From Isurus oxyrinchus (Eukaryota): DNA of 64,000 nucleotides. A model generated the notes under the pieces. The model did no database searches. It worked only from the letters and a program-made list of their open reading frames with translations, and was not told where the DNA came from. The stretch is from contig JANJGN010000022.1 in NCBI GenBank assembly GCA_026770705.1, positions 47,554,001 to 47,618,000 on the forward strand, read 5' to 3'. The translations under genes and the position numbers were made by a program. Shown piece by piece: positions 25,756-39,390 of the stretch. Each line of letters starts with the position of its first letter. Position 1 is the first letter of the stretch.

Positions 25756-26130
25756 GTTAAAATGCTGCAGCTGCTGGAAATCTGAATTTCAGGCTATAGA
25801 AGTTGATCCAATAGATATAGAAAACCATAGAATGAATTACTCTAGTTCACATTTTTAAGGTGAAAATAGCAAAATTAACAGCAGGGATATAATACAGACT
25901 ACAAAGTTAGAATAAGATGGTAGTTTACTCCATGAGAAGATAAGTGGGGTAATTAGATAATCCTGCAATCCTGGAGAGGAGCTGTGCTCACGGGAGGTGA
26001 ATTTAAAGTGATTTAGTTCAATGTTTAAAAATTTATCAATGCACAATGTCATAGGGACATGCATGAAAATGGAATAATTTCAAAACAGGTTTTTACAGCT
26101 GGCAAAACAAAATTCTCTTCCCCTTCACAG

Positions 26131-26223
26131 AACTTCTTCCCTCAATGATCTCCAGACACAATGGCCAGATTGTGTTAGTCAACAGCATCCAGGGGAAATT
26201 AGGACTTCCATTTCGTTCAGCCT
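26131..26223 (+). CDS. DHRS7C: DHRS7C coding exon 4
   Basis: cacag|AACTT...GCCT|gtaagt, 93 bp. Encodes (E)LLPSMISRHNGQIVLVNSIQGKLGLPFRSA. Confidence 0.96.
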
Positions 26224-27394
26224 GTAAGTTTTACACATACTCTGATTGACATGACTATTAATATACTAAACGAGGGTATATCTGTGCATACAGATGTCAC
26301 ACTTCATTACACATGTGAACAGTCTTAAAATGGTGGGTGTTTCTGAGCTGCGCTTCTAATTTTCAGCCTGAAACACAGTTTGATTAAGCAATGATTAACC
26401 CCAGTGATTACTTTGCAAAAATTAGTGTTAAAATAATTAAACAACAGCATCTTAGCAGAGTAATCATTTGAGCATTACATGGTATCACATTATACTTTCC
26501 CATTTAAAGCAGTGTTTTATGCAACTTAATGTGAGAAACATCTTGAATTTTTGTCTAATATTTTCTTAACTGTTATGGAATTTGGAGAGGGAATGAATAC
26601 AAAGACCATTGGAAATCTGGAATTTATGGCTTTCAATAAACAAGTGCCATAAACCCTCTGATTATGTTCACTGTCATTTAAATTCCATTACAATTTCCCA
26701 TGCCAAAATGATTAATTTTCAATGTTTCAACAAGAAAAAGACCATGCCCCTATGATTCTTTAACTGGTAGACCCCAAGCATGGGATTTTAATTCGATTTC
26801 AAATATTGTCATGTACTTTGAGTAAATAAGGGAATCAACAGGGGCAGGATGATCCTGTTAACATAAATTCAAAATCTGCACCCGACAATTTATTTACTAA
26901 TTGCATACTGTGGGTTCTAAAGGTTCAAAACCTGCCGCATGCAACATTCCTACAACCTTCCTTTGAATGTAACCAAAAAAAACACAAACATTTTAGGGGG
27001 CGCTGAGGAAAGCAACAAGAACAATCCTGAATATAAAGGTTATGGGAGATCAAGGTCTACAGTCTATAGGGAAGGTTTGAACACATACATAATATGAATT
27101 TTGGTAATCACAACCCGATTCCTTGTATGTTCTGGTCACCCTAGCATAAAACATTTGTGAACAACATTTGCAATCTTACTCAGGATGGCTGTAGAGGTGC
27201 TGGATGTGGAAATTGTAATTAAAAATTGACATTGGTGAAGTAACAGATGCTGTTCCGAAATTGGGGTCAACCTTCAGAGTTGATGCAGAATAGAGGAAGC
27301 TTTATTTTTATCTGGTCATATTATAGGTTACCCAAGAATGCTTGATGTTGAACTGGGTGCTGAAAATAGGATTGTGTTCATTTCCAATCATGAT

Positions 27395-27625
27395 ATCATG
27401 GAATCATACAGCCCAGAAGGAGGACCTTCAATCTACCATGCTGTTGAAACAGCTATCCTATTAGCCACACTCCCTTCCCTCTTTAACCACAGGCCTGCAA
27501 ATAGTTCTTTTTCAAGTATATATGCAATCCCCCTTTGAAATTACTTTTGAAACTGATTCCACTGCTTTTTCAGGCAGTGCATTCCAGATCATAACAACTC
27601 AATGGCGAAATAAACAATCTCTTAC
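27395..27625 (-). mobile_element. CR1 3' fragment
   Basis: CAGGCAGTGCATTCCAGATCATAACAACTC is the reverse complement of a CR1 ORF2 end. Confidence 0.6.
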
Positions 27626-27770
27626 TTTTGATTAGAGCAACTTACTGAAAAAGTACAGTGGTTCCCATTTATGGCAGGATGTTTCATTTACAAATACAAC
27701 TACCGATTCCTGTTAACATATTCAATGTACTACAAACTTATATTCTTACTGTGTACTTTTCCCCATGTAG

Positions 27771-27926
27771 ATGCTGCTTCTAAACATGCAATACAAGCTT
27801 TTTTCGACTGCCTGAGGGCCGAAGTTGCAGAATTTGGGATCACTGTGAGCACCGTGAGCCCAACATTCATTCGCTCCTATCACCAAATGCCAGAGGCTGG
27901 GAATTGGGAGGCGTCTATTTGGAAAT
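27771..27926 (+). CDS. DHRS7C: DHRS7C coding exon 5 (catalytic YxxxK)
   Basis: atgtag|ATGCT...GGAAAT|gtaagt, 156 bp. Encodes (Y)AASKHAIQAFFDCLRAEVAEFGITVSTVSPTFIRSYHQMPEAGNWEASIWK. Confidence 0.97.
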
Positions 27927-28364
27927 GTAAGTATCCAGCATCTTTATTCATTAATTTTAAACAAGGCCCCAAAACTCCTGAGAAAGTAAAAAACAACTGC
28001 CCATATAAGCATTTATTTAACTGATATGTATCTCGCAAACCCCAGTGTGTCTGAGTCTTTGGGTAGTTGAAACCAATTTTATTTTTGGTGGGATTGTTGC
28101 CTTTGCAGAATGATTGAGACAACTGAGTTTCAAATTTGCTCTTGGAATTTCAATAAAGCCGAGGTCATTTCCTCAGGTTCATCTCTAAATTCAGCAAAAC
28201 AAAAAGGAATATATCTTTGTCTTCACACTGATTTTCAAACAATTCAGTGTTTATGTCAAGGAACTGAGACCTGCGACCTATGTGATAATCATTAACCCAG
28301 ACCCAACTTGTACTATATAAACAAATCATTTTTATTCTATTCCCAACTTTCTGTTTTAACTATT

Positions 28365-30210
28365 ATTCTTTCATGGGATGTGAGTGTCGCTGATTACGCC
28401 AGCATTTATTGCCCATCCCTAATTACCCTTTAGAAAGTACTGGTGAGCTGCCTTGTTGGACTGCTGCAGTCCATGTGGTGTAGGTACACCCACAGTGTTC
28501 CAGGATGTTGACCCAGCGACAGTGAAGGAATGGTGATATAGTTCCAAGTCAGGATGTTGTCTGGCTTGGAGGGGAACTTGCAGGTGGTGGTGTTCCCATA
28601 GACCTGCTGCCCTTGTCCTTCTGGATGGTAGAGGTCATGGGTTTGGAAGGTGCTGTCAAAAGGAGCCTGGTGAGTTGCTGCACCTTGTAGATGGTAGACA
28701 CTGCTGCCATTGTACATCAGTAGTGAAGGAAGTGGATGTTGAAAGTCATCGATGGGGTGCCAATCAAACGAGTTGCTTTGTCCTGGATGGTGTTGAGCTT
28801 CTTAAGTGTTTTTGGAGCTGCACTCATCCAAGCAAGTGGAGGCTATTCTATCAGACTCCTGACTTGTGCTTTGTAGGTGATGGACAGGTTTTGGAAAGTC
28901 AGGAAGTGGGTTACTCTCCACAGAATTCTCAGCCTCTGACCTGCTCTTGTGATCACACTATTTATGTGGTTAGTCTGCTTCAGTTCAGTTTCTGGTCAAT
29001 GGTATCACCCAGGATGTTGATAGTGGGAGATTTAGTGATTGTAACGCCTTTGAATGTCAAGGTGAGATGGTTGGATTCTCTCTTGTTGGAGATGGTCATT
29101 GCCTGGCACTTGTGTGGTGCGAATGTTACTTACAACTTATTAGTCCAAGCCTGAATGTTGTTCAGGTCTTGCTGCATATAGCCACGGACTGTTTCAGTAT
29201 CTGAGGAATTGTGAATAGTGCTGAACATTGTGTAATTATCAGCAAACATCCCTACTTCTGACCCTATGATAGAGGAAAGGTCATTGATGAAGCAGCTGAA
29301 GATGATTGGGTCTAGGACACTACCCTGAGGAACTCCTGTAGTAATATCCTGGAACTGAGATGATTGGAACTGAGATAATTGACTTCCAATAACCACAGCC
29401 ATCTTCCTTTGTGCTAGGCATGACTCCAACCAGCGGAGAGTTTTCCCCTGATTCCCATTTACTCCAGTTTTGCTAGGGCTCCATGATGCCGTGCTCGGTC
29501 AAATACTGCCTTGATGTCAAGGGCAGTCACTCTCACCTCACCTCTGGCATTCAGTTCTTCTGTCCATGTTTGGACTAAGGCTTTAATGAGGTCAGGAGTT
29601 GAGTGGTCCTGGCAGAACCCAAATTGAATGTCAGACAGCAGTTTATTGCTGAGTGAGTGCTGCTTGATAACATGGTCCACAACACTTCCCATCATATTGC
29701 TAATAGTTGAGAGTAGAGACAGTGAAGGAATGGCAATATATTTCAAAGTCATGATGGTGTGAGGCTTGGAGGGGAACTTGCAGATAGTGTTGTTCCCATG
29801 CATCTGCTGCATTTGTCCTTCTAGATGGTAGAGGTCATGGGTTTGTAAGGTGTTGTCGAAGGAGCCTTAGTGAGCTACTGCAATGCATGTTGTAGATGGT
29901 ACATACTGCTGCCACTGTGAGTTGGTGGTAGAGGGAGTGAATGTTTATGGATGGGGTGTCAATCAAATGGGCAAATGGATGGTGTCAAGCTTCTTGAGTG
30001 TTGTTGGGACTGCACACATCCAGGCATGTGGAGAGTATTCCATCACACTCCTGACTTGTGCCTTGTATGTGGTAGATAGGCTTTGTGGAGTCAGGAGGTG
30101 AGTCACTTTCCACAGAATTCCCAGCTTCTGACCTGCTCTTGTAGCTACAGCATTTATATGGCTAGTCCAGTTCAGTTTCTGGTCAATTGTAACCCCCTGG
30201 ATGTTGATAG
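28365..30210 (-). mobile_element. CR1-clade LINE (second family), two joined truncated copies
   Basis: RT motifs ALDIKAVFDR, GVPQGSVLDP and MFADN. The 3' segment repeats after a junction near 29718. Confidence 0.85.
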
Positions 30211-30550
30211 TAAATTACATATATTATGTACTTAACAGTTATGTAAGAAAATACAGTGGACCTTTGTGTACAATAATAGCTAATTCATATTCTTAAAATA
30301 AAACAGCTAATTGTTTCTATGAGCTAACAATTGTTGACCAAGAATATTGGTCAGGACACTGGGAATATCCATTGTTTTTCTTTGAATTGTGCCATGTGAT
30401 TTTAAACCTGAACAGGACAAATGAACGAAATCACAGTTGAAAGATAATAATCCAAAAATAATCATAGATGAAGCAATGGGTAAATCTGAGGGAATGAGAT
30501 TGGGAGAAATGTTAATTGTGTTCTTTCTTTCATTGCTTTGTGCTATTTAG

Positions 30551-30759
30551 TTTTTTTCAGGAAGTGGGCCTACGGTGTTCACCCAGTGGAAGTAGCAGAG
30601 GAAGTGCTATACACAGTGAACAGAGGCAGCAAGGAAGTGATGATCGGAAATCCAATGCCCAAAGCATTTGTCTTTTTACGAACATTCTGCCCTGAGATCT
30701 TTTTTGCAATTGTTGCTGCTGGAATTTCAAACCAATCCACAGCAGAAGAAGAACAATAA
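30551..30759 (+). CDS. DHRS7C: DHRS7C terminal coding exon 6
   Basis: atttag|TTTTTTTCAGGAAG..., 209 bp to TAA. Encodes (F)FFRKWAYGVHPVEVAEEV...NPMPKAFVFLRTFCPEIFFAIVAAG...EEEQ*. Confidence 0.95.
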
Positions 30760-31009
30760 TCTTCTTTGCTTGTACTTTACTGTTTCTACATCTTTACTGC
30801 TCCATCTTTCCATCTGTCTCTTCCATGTCTTACGTTTATTGTTTCTTTCTGATCCACTTATCTCTCCCAATTTGCCTGCTTTTAGAATAGCTTCTTCCAT
30901 AAACATCACTCCACTTTCCTATTTTCTGTTTTGTTTTCCTATTCTGATGTCTAATATCATCTGTTTCACCTTTAGAAGCTTAGTGGTTTAAATTGAGGAC
31001 AGGTCACAT

Positions 31010-32080
31010 AAACTTGCCTTGCATTCTCTTCACTATAGGAGATTGCAGATAATCTGATGGAGGTGTTTAAAATGTGAAAAGGATTTGACAGGGTAGATCC
31101 ATATGAACTATTTCCTCTGGTGGGGGAATCAAGAGTAAAGGGAAATAATCTTAAAAATAAAGCTAGACCATTCAGGAGCAAAATCAAGAAACACTTTTTC
31201 CACACAAAGGGTAGTAGGAATCTAGAACTCTTATTCCCTAAAGAGTTTGTGAATGCCAGGACAATTGGTGCTTGTAAGATGGAGAAAGACAGATTTAAGT
31301 TAGTTATGGATATCGGGGTATGTGGAGCAAAGACGGGTAAATGGAATTGAGGTGCAGATCAGCAGAGTAGGTTCAAGGCTCTGAATAAACTAATATGTTA
31401 TATCTTTGCATTCTTTTATCTCCCTTTTACTCTCTAACAACAGTAACAGTCAAGCTGCATCCAATCAATTTTACTGATTGTACATTGAAACAATTAATCA
31501 GCCTTATATAACAGGTGCTGTAAGTACTTGGGAAAGCAGCACTAATGTTGTACCTTTGGAGACAGGCTGGATAATTTGGCCTTCCAGATCAGAGAAGGAC
31601 AACTGAATTACAGGAAAAGAAAGTTAGCCAAGGAAATGTGTACCCTGATGGAACTGAAATATTGAGGCAAAAAATTATATCGAACACTTTTCTAACATAG
31701 GTGTTGCTTATGAGCTTTGTGGGAGTTTTGTAGCCATTTCCACAATCAGATAGGGAGAAACTATTTCCTCTGATGGAGGAGTCCAGAACAAAGGGGCATA
31801 ACCTTTAAATTAGAATTGCGCTATTAAGTGGTGCTGTTAGGTACCACTTCTTCACACAATTGATACTGTAAACCTGGAACACACACCCTTAGAAAGCTTT
31901 TGAGCCTAGGCCAATAGAAAATTTCAAAACTGAGATTAATAGATTTTTGTTAGGCAAGGGTATTAAGGAATGTAGAACCAAGATGGGTAGATGGAGTTTA
32001 GATATGGATCAATTATGATCTAATTGAATGGAGGCTAAAGCTTTAGGGGCTGAATTATCCCCTCCTGTTCTGAGATTCCT
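31010..32080 (+). mobile_element. Two CR1 3' fragments (~31010-31400 and ~31745-32080)
   Basis: GESRVKGNNLK...KKHFF motif and CR1 3' UTR-like sequence. Confidence 0.7.
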
Positions 32081-34064
32081 ATTTTCCTACAATTTACACT
32101 TGCTCTTGTTGATTCAGTTTTCAGCAACAAAAATAAAACTAAGTAGATTAAATGGTTTGTCACAAGAGATATATTGGTATAAATGTAAATTTTAAAAAAA
32201 CATGTAACACCAAGGCGCAAACCTGCTCCATAAACAATAGGCCCTAATTGAAATCAGTACGGTATTTTTTGTTTTATAAGTAACCTTAATTTTGAATGAA
32301 AGAGAGGAAATTGGGATTGGAGTATAATTAAACATGCCTTCTATCTGATACATGTCCACGATCGCTGTAGGGCACAGAGACAGCTGACTGGCTATCATTT
32401 CACAGTCACTGAACAGAAAATCAATCAAAAGAAAAACACATCAGTCCTCACAAGCACCTACACAATGTACCTCATGAGTTTAGAAATTCACCGCACCTTG
32501 GGGCTATTTCATGAGGTATCTGTTTATATCATGCATATTTTAAAATCTTATCTTCGCATTTGTAAATAAAAATCATGAAGCAATTATCGCTGTCACACCA
32601 CATAATGATCTAGTATTTACACAATAATAAATAAAACTAACTTTTTACACCCCTCCACATCTCTCATCCTCTCCTGATGATGCTGACTCATAATAATATA
32701 TGGCTCCACATGGTACCACAACAGTTCTCCGGTAGGGAGTTTAGATGGTTAGTGTTAGTACATTATCCGACTTTGAAAGGTGCCACAGCTAAATTTGATC
32801 CTATTTTCACTGATGTTCACACTCATGCATGTTCCAATGTATATAAAGCAGCCAAATGCAAGAACCCTGACTAGATTTTCTGCTTCTATGGATTAGATGC
32901 AACTGAAGTACAATTGCGTTACTTCCACTGTCATTACTACTGAAATTAGTCAACTCAGCATCCATTAAGGATTAAACCTGAACCGCCCTGATCAGTGTAG
33001 ACTAGCGGTGCATTCCCCCGCCAAGTAATTTAGGGAGCCTCATCCTTTTTTTAATTAAATGTAGGAACTTGAGAAACATGTCCTGAACTCAGTTAATTCT
33101 GAGTTGATAAAATTACTCTCGGCGATATTAAAGAAGACATTGTGCATCCTATAATATTCCTGTCCTCTAATTTAGTGGAAGGATTAAGCCACTTAAAATA
33201 AATGGGTTAACGCTTGCAATTTAAACAGCTGACAGCAAAACGGAGGATAAACATATTAAGCTTTGCTCTGCTAGCTCTGCCAACTCTGATTTCTAGTCCA
33301 CAATTTTGACTGAGCAAGTTTGTATGCAATATTATTTATGTAAGAAAAAATATACAATTTGCTTGCAAGTTCTTAATGTTCCAGCTTCAACACGCAATCT
33401 CTTATTGCTCTGTGGAGTTTACCACTAATAAAACAACATATTTCATTCTCTCCTCTGTGGTTTGTTCTCAATGACCTTCTGTATGAATTACATGGCAGAG
33501 AGCATCTTATTAAGAATAGTTAGAATATAATAATTGCTGAAATGACCACTGGGCTTCTTATACTGCAAGTACTAGCTTGATAATACTTGTCTTAGAGTGG
33601 TATGAGTCGGCAGCAACGAGTTATACTACAAGCACTGCATAGCTCTTTGGTCAAGCAAAGCAGGGCTCTGAGCATGAAGCTCTGAGTTGATATGCACTTG
33701 TACCAAGCTTTGCTTACTGACCTACAAATACCAGTTAACTCTTTAATGCCTAGAGAGAAACCAATAGATGTTACAGACTCATTTTGCTTAATTTTAAATA
33801 TTTCCTCAGGAATAACAAAAATGATAAACCATGCTGCTTTGCCTGAGCTAATGGTGTACTTTCTTTGGTCAGTCTCCTATTGAAACATTCTAATGTTTGC
33901 AATAAGCTTGGCCAGCACAAGTCTTAGAAATAAAGGCCTTAAGAGAATTAGATTTCAAATGTATTATTGCAGCAAACTTCCTATAGTATCTTAAGTTGTT
34001 TTGAAGATGTAGTTTTCAGATCGGACTGTTGTTTCTTTACAAGCTAGTGATACAAATCAGGTAG

Positions 34065-35097
34065 AGATCACACCTGGAATACTGTGTATAGCTTTGGTCT
34101 CCTTACCTAAGGAAGGCTATACTTGCCTTAGCGCGAGTGCAACAAAGGTTCACTGGACTGATTCCTGGGATGAGGGGTGACTGTTCTGAGGTGAGACTGA
34201 GTAGAGTAGGTTCATATTCTCTAGAGCTTAGAAGAATGAGAGATGACCTTTCTAAACTTGAGGTCAGCCAAAACTCTGCTGCCTGTGTTTTAACTCGTAG
34301 CAAGTTCTGTTCCCTTATCACTCCTGTGCTTGCTGACCTACATTGTCTCTGGACAAACATCTTGATTTTAAAATTCTGATCCTTGATTTCAAGTCCCTCC
34401 ATGGCCTTGCCTCTCCCTATCTTTGTTATCACCTCCAACACTACAACTGCCTTGCATTATCTGTGCTCCTCTGATTCTGACTCTTGTGCATTCCCAATTA
34501 TAACTGTTCCACTATTGGTGGCCGTGCCTCAAGTTGCCTAGGTCCCAAGCTCTGGAATTCTCTCCCTACATCTCCACTTCTCTATTTCGCTTTCATCCTT
34601 TAAGGCACTTCTTAAAGCCCACTGCTTTGACCAAGCTTACCTAATATTTCCTTATGTGACTCAGTGTCATACTTAGATTTGTAATGCTCCTGTGAAGTGC
34701 CTTGGCACATTTCATTACGTGATCTCAATGAAATACATAAAATACTTAAGCAGCTTGACAGGGTAGATGCTAGGAGAATTTTTACCTTGGCTGATGAGTC
34801 TAGAACAAAGGGTCCTAGTCTCAGAATAAGGGGGTGGCCATTTAAAGCCAAGCTGAGGAAAAATTTCTTCAGTGCGTTGTGAACTTGCATTCTCCACTTC
34901 AGAGATCTGTGGATGCTCAGTCATTGAATATATTAAAGTCAAAGATTGACAGATTTTTGGATACTTAGGGAATCAAAGGGTATAGGGATAGTGTTGGAGT
35001 GTGTAGCTGAGGTAGAAGATCAGCCAGAATCCAACTGAAATGCGGAACAGGCTCATGGGGCTGAATGGCCATCTTTTGTCCTATTTCTTATGTTCTT
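34065..35097 (+). mobile_element. CR1 3' fragment with a nested L2 LINE 3' fragment (~34250-34718)
   Basis: CR1 YSLELRRMRDDL resumes after the insert as DLNEIHKILK. The insert reads QNSAACVLTRSK..ITPVLADLH..FKIL..FKSLHGLA (L2 signature) and ends in an L2 tail. Confidence 0.8.
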
Positions 35098-35369
35098 GCT
35101 CGTATTTGACACCCAGGTGAAAATACCACCTGGCTCCTCCGCCTATCCTCTCTTCCAAAAAAGTTTACTGCCTTTCCTAAAGATTCCCTTTAATAACCTG
35201 AAATAAATCTCAACAATGCCTCACACCCATAAAAATAAATAATTCTCTCTGTATCATCAATTTAAATTTAAGCGTATTATTCATTCATGACAGAAGCAAG
35301 ATATTTAATATAACACGAATAAAAGCTTTGTTGACTCACTTTTAATTGATGGAAATTTGAATACTGACA

Positions 35370-36262
35370 GTAGGATAAATGGCTCATTTTCAGGTTGGCA
35401 AATGGTAACTAGTGCTGGGGCCTTAACTCTTTACAATCTATATCAATGACTTGGATGAAGGGACCAAATGTATGGTGGCTAAATTTGCTGATGTCACAGG
35501 TAGTTGTCTAGAGGACATAAAGAGTCTACGAAGGGATTTAGATACGTTAAATGAGTGGGCAAAAATTTGGCAGAATGTAGGGAAATGTGAACTTGTTCAT
35601 TTTGGCAGGTAGAAAAGCAGTATACTATTTAAATGGAGAGAGACTGCAGAACTCAATGGTAGGGAGAGAAGTATTGCTGCAGCTGGTACAGAGACTTAGT
35701 TAGACTGCATCTATAATAACGTGTAGAGTTTGGTCTCCTTACTTAAGAAATGATATAATTGCATTAGAGACAGTTCAGAGAAGGTTCACTTGGCTGATTC
35801 CTGGGATGAAGGGATTATTTTAGGAGGAAAGCTTGAGCAGCATGGGCCTATACCCATTGGAGCTGAGAAGAATGAGAGATGATCTTATTGAAACATATAA
35901 GATCCTGAGGGAATTTGACATGCTGGATGCTGAGAGGATGTTTCCCATTGTAGGGGAGTCTAGAACTAGAGGACACAGTTTAAAAATTAGGGGTCTCTCA
36001 TTTAAGACCAAAATTAGAATTTTTTTCTCTAGGGGTAGGTAGTCTGTGGAATTCTCCTCCCCAGAGAGCAGTAGAGGATGGGTCATTGAATATATTCAAG
36101 GCTGAGTTAGATAGATTTTTGATTAACAAGTGAATCAAGGGTTATTATGGGGGATGAACAGGAAAGTGGAGTTGAGGTCACAATCAAATCACCCATGATC
36201 TTACTGAATGACGGAGCAGGTTTGCGGATCCGAATGGCTGACTCCTGCTCCTAATTCTTGTG
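35370..36262 (+). mobile_element. CR1 RT/3' fragment
   Basis: FTIYINDLD, KFAD, LYPLELRRMRDDLIETYK; CR1 3' UTR. Confidence 0.85.
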
Positions 36263-37404
36263 TCTGAAGTTCTCAAACACACCCATCTGGTATAGTGATA
36301 AAATAACTGGAGAAGTTAATCTAGCTACATGTTAAATAATAGTGTGCTCATTAGTGGCAGTAGCACAGCTTCTCCAGTGAGTGGTACCAGATCACAACTA
36401 AATAAGATATACTTTTGCACTCCAGTGGCAGGGAATCAGTACTGCAGGTGCTTGGCCACTTGCTGACTTTGCATTCCTGAGATTTTAAAAAAAATTATTT
36501 TCTGTTTTATCAGTAGTATAGTGTTTTCACGATGCTACCAGAAGCTGCAATGTGTTGGCCCAGCAGTCAGCATACTTAGAATGTGTAGAATTGATCTCCT
36601 CTGCAGAATAGCTACAGGAAGAGATCTGCAAGCACCTTTGGGACTGATCCTCTAGAATAGTTCAAACTGTTTTTAGGGATGGAGGAAGATGCTGAATTTT
36701 ATAAGCATCGTCATTTTTGCATGGGTCTATTTCCCACTTGTTGCATCAAATCCAGCATTAAACACACGTGGGATGCTGGAAAAGATCCATCTGCTCTGCT
36801 CCTACAACCTTTAGGAAGAAAAGAAAGAATAAGAATGATTATAGAATCATAGAATGGTTGCAGCACAAAGAGGTCACTCAGCCCAATATGTACATGCTGG
36901 TTCTGAAACAAGTGAGGCACTATTTGTGGAGTAAAGGGTTAACATCAGAAGCGTACATGATACTGATGTAATAATAATGTCTGAGACTGAGACATGTCAC
37001 ATGACTGAGAGGTGAAAAAGATCTGGAAGGAGGAGAAGCTCCAACCTCATGTAGCAGTCCAAATGTTTAAATACTTGCTGTAAATAAAGAGATTTGAGAA
37101 AATGCAGATTCAAGCAGCATATTTTGGGAGAACACACAATCCCCAAAACCCCCGTAAAGATCCCGACCACACAACAAAATATTATTAAAGTCAAAAGAGT
37201 CAAACAGAGGAAATGAGAACATTTAGAATAGACCAAACTGTCATCAAATTTAAACTTCCCCCCAAATTTCTTGTGTTATGGATTACCCAAGGACCTAATT
37301 TGTGCATCTAACAACAATGCTATTGTATTCGGGAATAGGAAGGGCCCTGCAAATTATGCGTGAACATTAGCGATAAAAATGTTGCTATTGCCCATTTTTT
37401 TATT

Positions 37405-37725
37405 CTTTCTTGCAATGTGGGTGTCATTGGTAAGGTCAGTATTTGTTGCCATTTCTAATTGCCCTTGAACTGAGTGGCTATTAGGTCATTTCAGAGGGCA
37501 GTTAAGAGTCAACCAATTGCTGTGGGTCTAAGTAAGGATGACAGATTTCTTTCCCTAAAAGAAGGAATGTCCACTCAAGTGGATTAGTGAACCGGATGGG
37601 TTCTTACATTAATCAATGATTGCTGATGTATTAATTGAATTCAAATTCCACCAGCTGCAATGGTGGGATTTGAACTTGTGTCCCCAAGGCCACTGGATTA
37701 CTAGTCTAGTGACATTACCACTACA
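37405..37725 (-). mobile_element. tRNA-headed SINE sharing its 3' tail with the second LINE family
   Basis: Homologous in reverse orientation to 57228-57530. Tail CTAATTGCCCTTGA. Confidence 0.6.
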
Positions 37726-38659
37726 CCCCTATATATATTACCATTGTTCTTACTACAGTCTGTAACTCTCTGCACTGCTGCAGATTAAGATTGCCTCCTA
37801 TCTGACATGTCATTGATTTTAAATGCCACTATGAAACCCTCACTGCTTTATTCAGGTGTAGATCAGTCCCCTGGTCATTAACTACCCACCAGGCTAATCT
37901 CGCACAAAACTTCAGAAACAATCGCTGAGTCTACAGTTATGAGAAAACCTGCAGAAGAAAACTCTTAAAATAATCATTTGGAAAGGTTGTGCAAAAGATT
38001 GACATCTGCCCTTAAACTTTAGGAAGAATTCCTAAACTACCTGATTCTCAATCTGACATTTGTAAAAGGGTTTGTTGCAGTATGACAGAAATCTTAATAG
38101 GGCCTGCCACCTTGAAATACTACTTCCACAAGCTCCTGTGCTGTGTCAGCTCAATGCACTGTAGCTTCAAGCTATGATATTAGTCATAGATCAAATGATA
38201 GATTCTTCCCTTTCTGCAGATGAAGATCAGCCCATGCAAAAGTCTCTCCAAAATAGCTTCTATGAATTGACCTATTAGAAACTTTCTTCCACATTAGAAT
38301 TCTGTAACAATAGCCCAAAAAGGAAATAAATGGCAAAATGACACTGAAAGAAGTACAATGAAAATCAGTGCAGCCTGAATGACAAGACACTCAAAGTACC
38401 CTGGCCTGGGGTTTCCTGCATTCTGGCAGCCACATACATGCTTAATGGGATGTAAAGCAAATACACGGCCTATAAGATTATGGACAAATGGGTAAGTAAT
38501 TTACCTGCATAATTATAATACACTGCCATTTCCTCAATCTGTAACGATCATTTATCAACCCCTCTGCCCAAACAGTCCTCTACTTATAATAGCCCTGTCT
38601 CCAAGATACATTGTGTGCAAATGTCCAATTGCACTTGTTCGGGGAGTATCTTCATATTG

Positions 38660-39390
38660 TGACCAGATTTTCCGGCACACAGAAACCTGCAATCTCCTGA
38701 AGCAGGTGCAGATTCAGTTGCTCCACCAAGCACTGAAGGTATTCTCATCCCACTAGTGCACACCCCCATTTTCCAGCCCTTTTTGAGAAATAATAAATGG
38801 TTCTTTATCTGGTTGTAACCTGCTTACTGCTGTAATGGAAGAGGAGATAGAGAAGCAGAGGCAGGAGGCCCAGAGATTGAAGCATCAACAGCATGGACAG
38901 CATTCCATACACAAGGCTCATGAATAGGGAACGAGTGGAAGAATGGATTCTTGGTGATGAGGCTTACCTCTTGCTGCTGTGACTGATGATGACTTTTAGC
39001 GCCCCACAGACCAAAGCAGAGCAAAGATACAACCAAATATATGCATCCACCAAGCACTATCAGGCTGATGAACTGCTGCTTCAGGTGCTTAGATAGGTCT
39101 GGGGTTGTCCTGCAATGGCTCACCAGAGAAGGTAGCGAAGATAGTCTTGACAGCTTGTCTGGATCTTGACGTACTGGGGGTGAGGTGGGGAAGGGGTCGA
39201 TGGTGGGAAGCCAATTAAAGCAGGCGATCCTGGACTGTGGGAGCCAGTGCCAAGGAATGTCAAGTGTTCACAGGAGGCATCTTCTCAAGAACACGGGCTG
39301 TCAGAGGCAGCTGAGGCACTGGCTTTTATGCAATGAGCTCTGCCCACAGAGGTCACAACCAGGAGAGTCAGACACAGTTCTCTTAGATCC
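38660..39390 (-). mobile_element. Old Harbinger-like remnant (degenerate Myb-like exon)
   Basis: GC-richer patch with a TIR-like GATTTTCCGGC near 38666. Minus strand reads a degenerate ...RTTPD..HLKQQFISL; donor GAG|GTAAG near 38965. Confidence 0.3.

Noticed and set aside
31100-33500. Several AATAAA hexamers as the DHRS7C poly(A) site
   Set aside because: AT-rich background and some lie in CR1 fragments; one cannot be chosen without transcript data.
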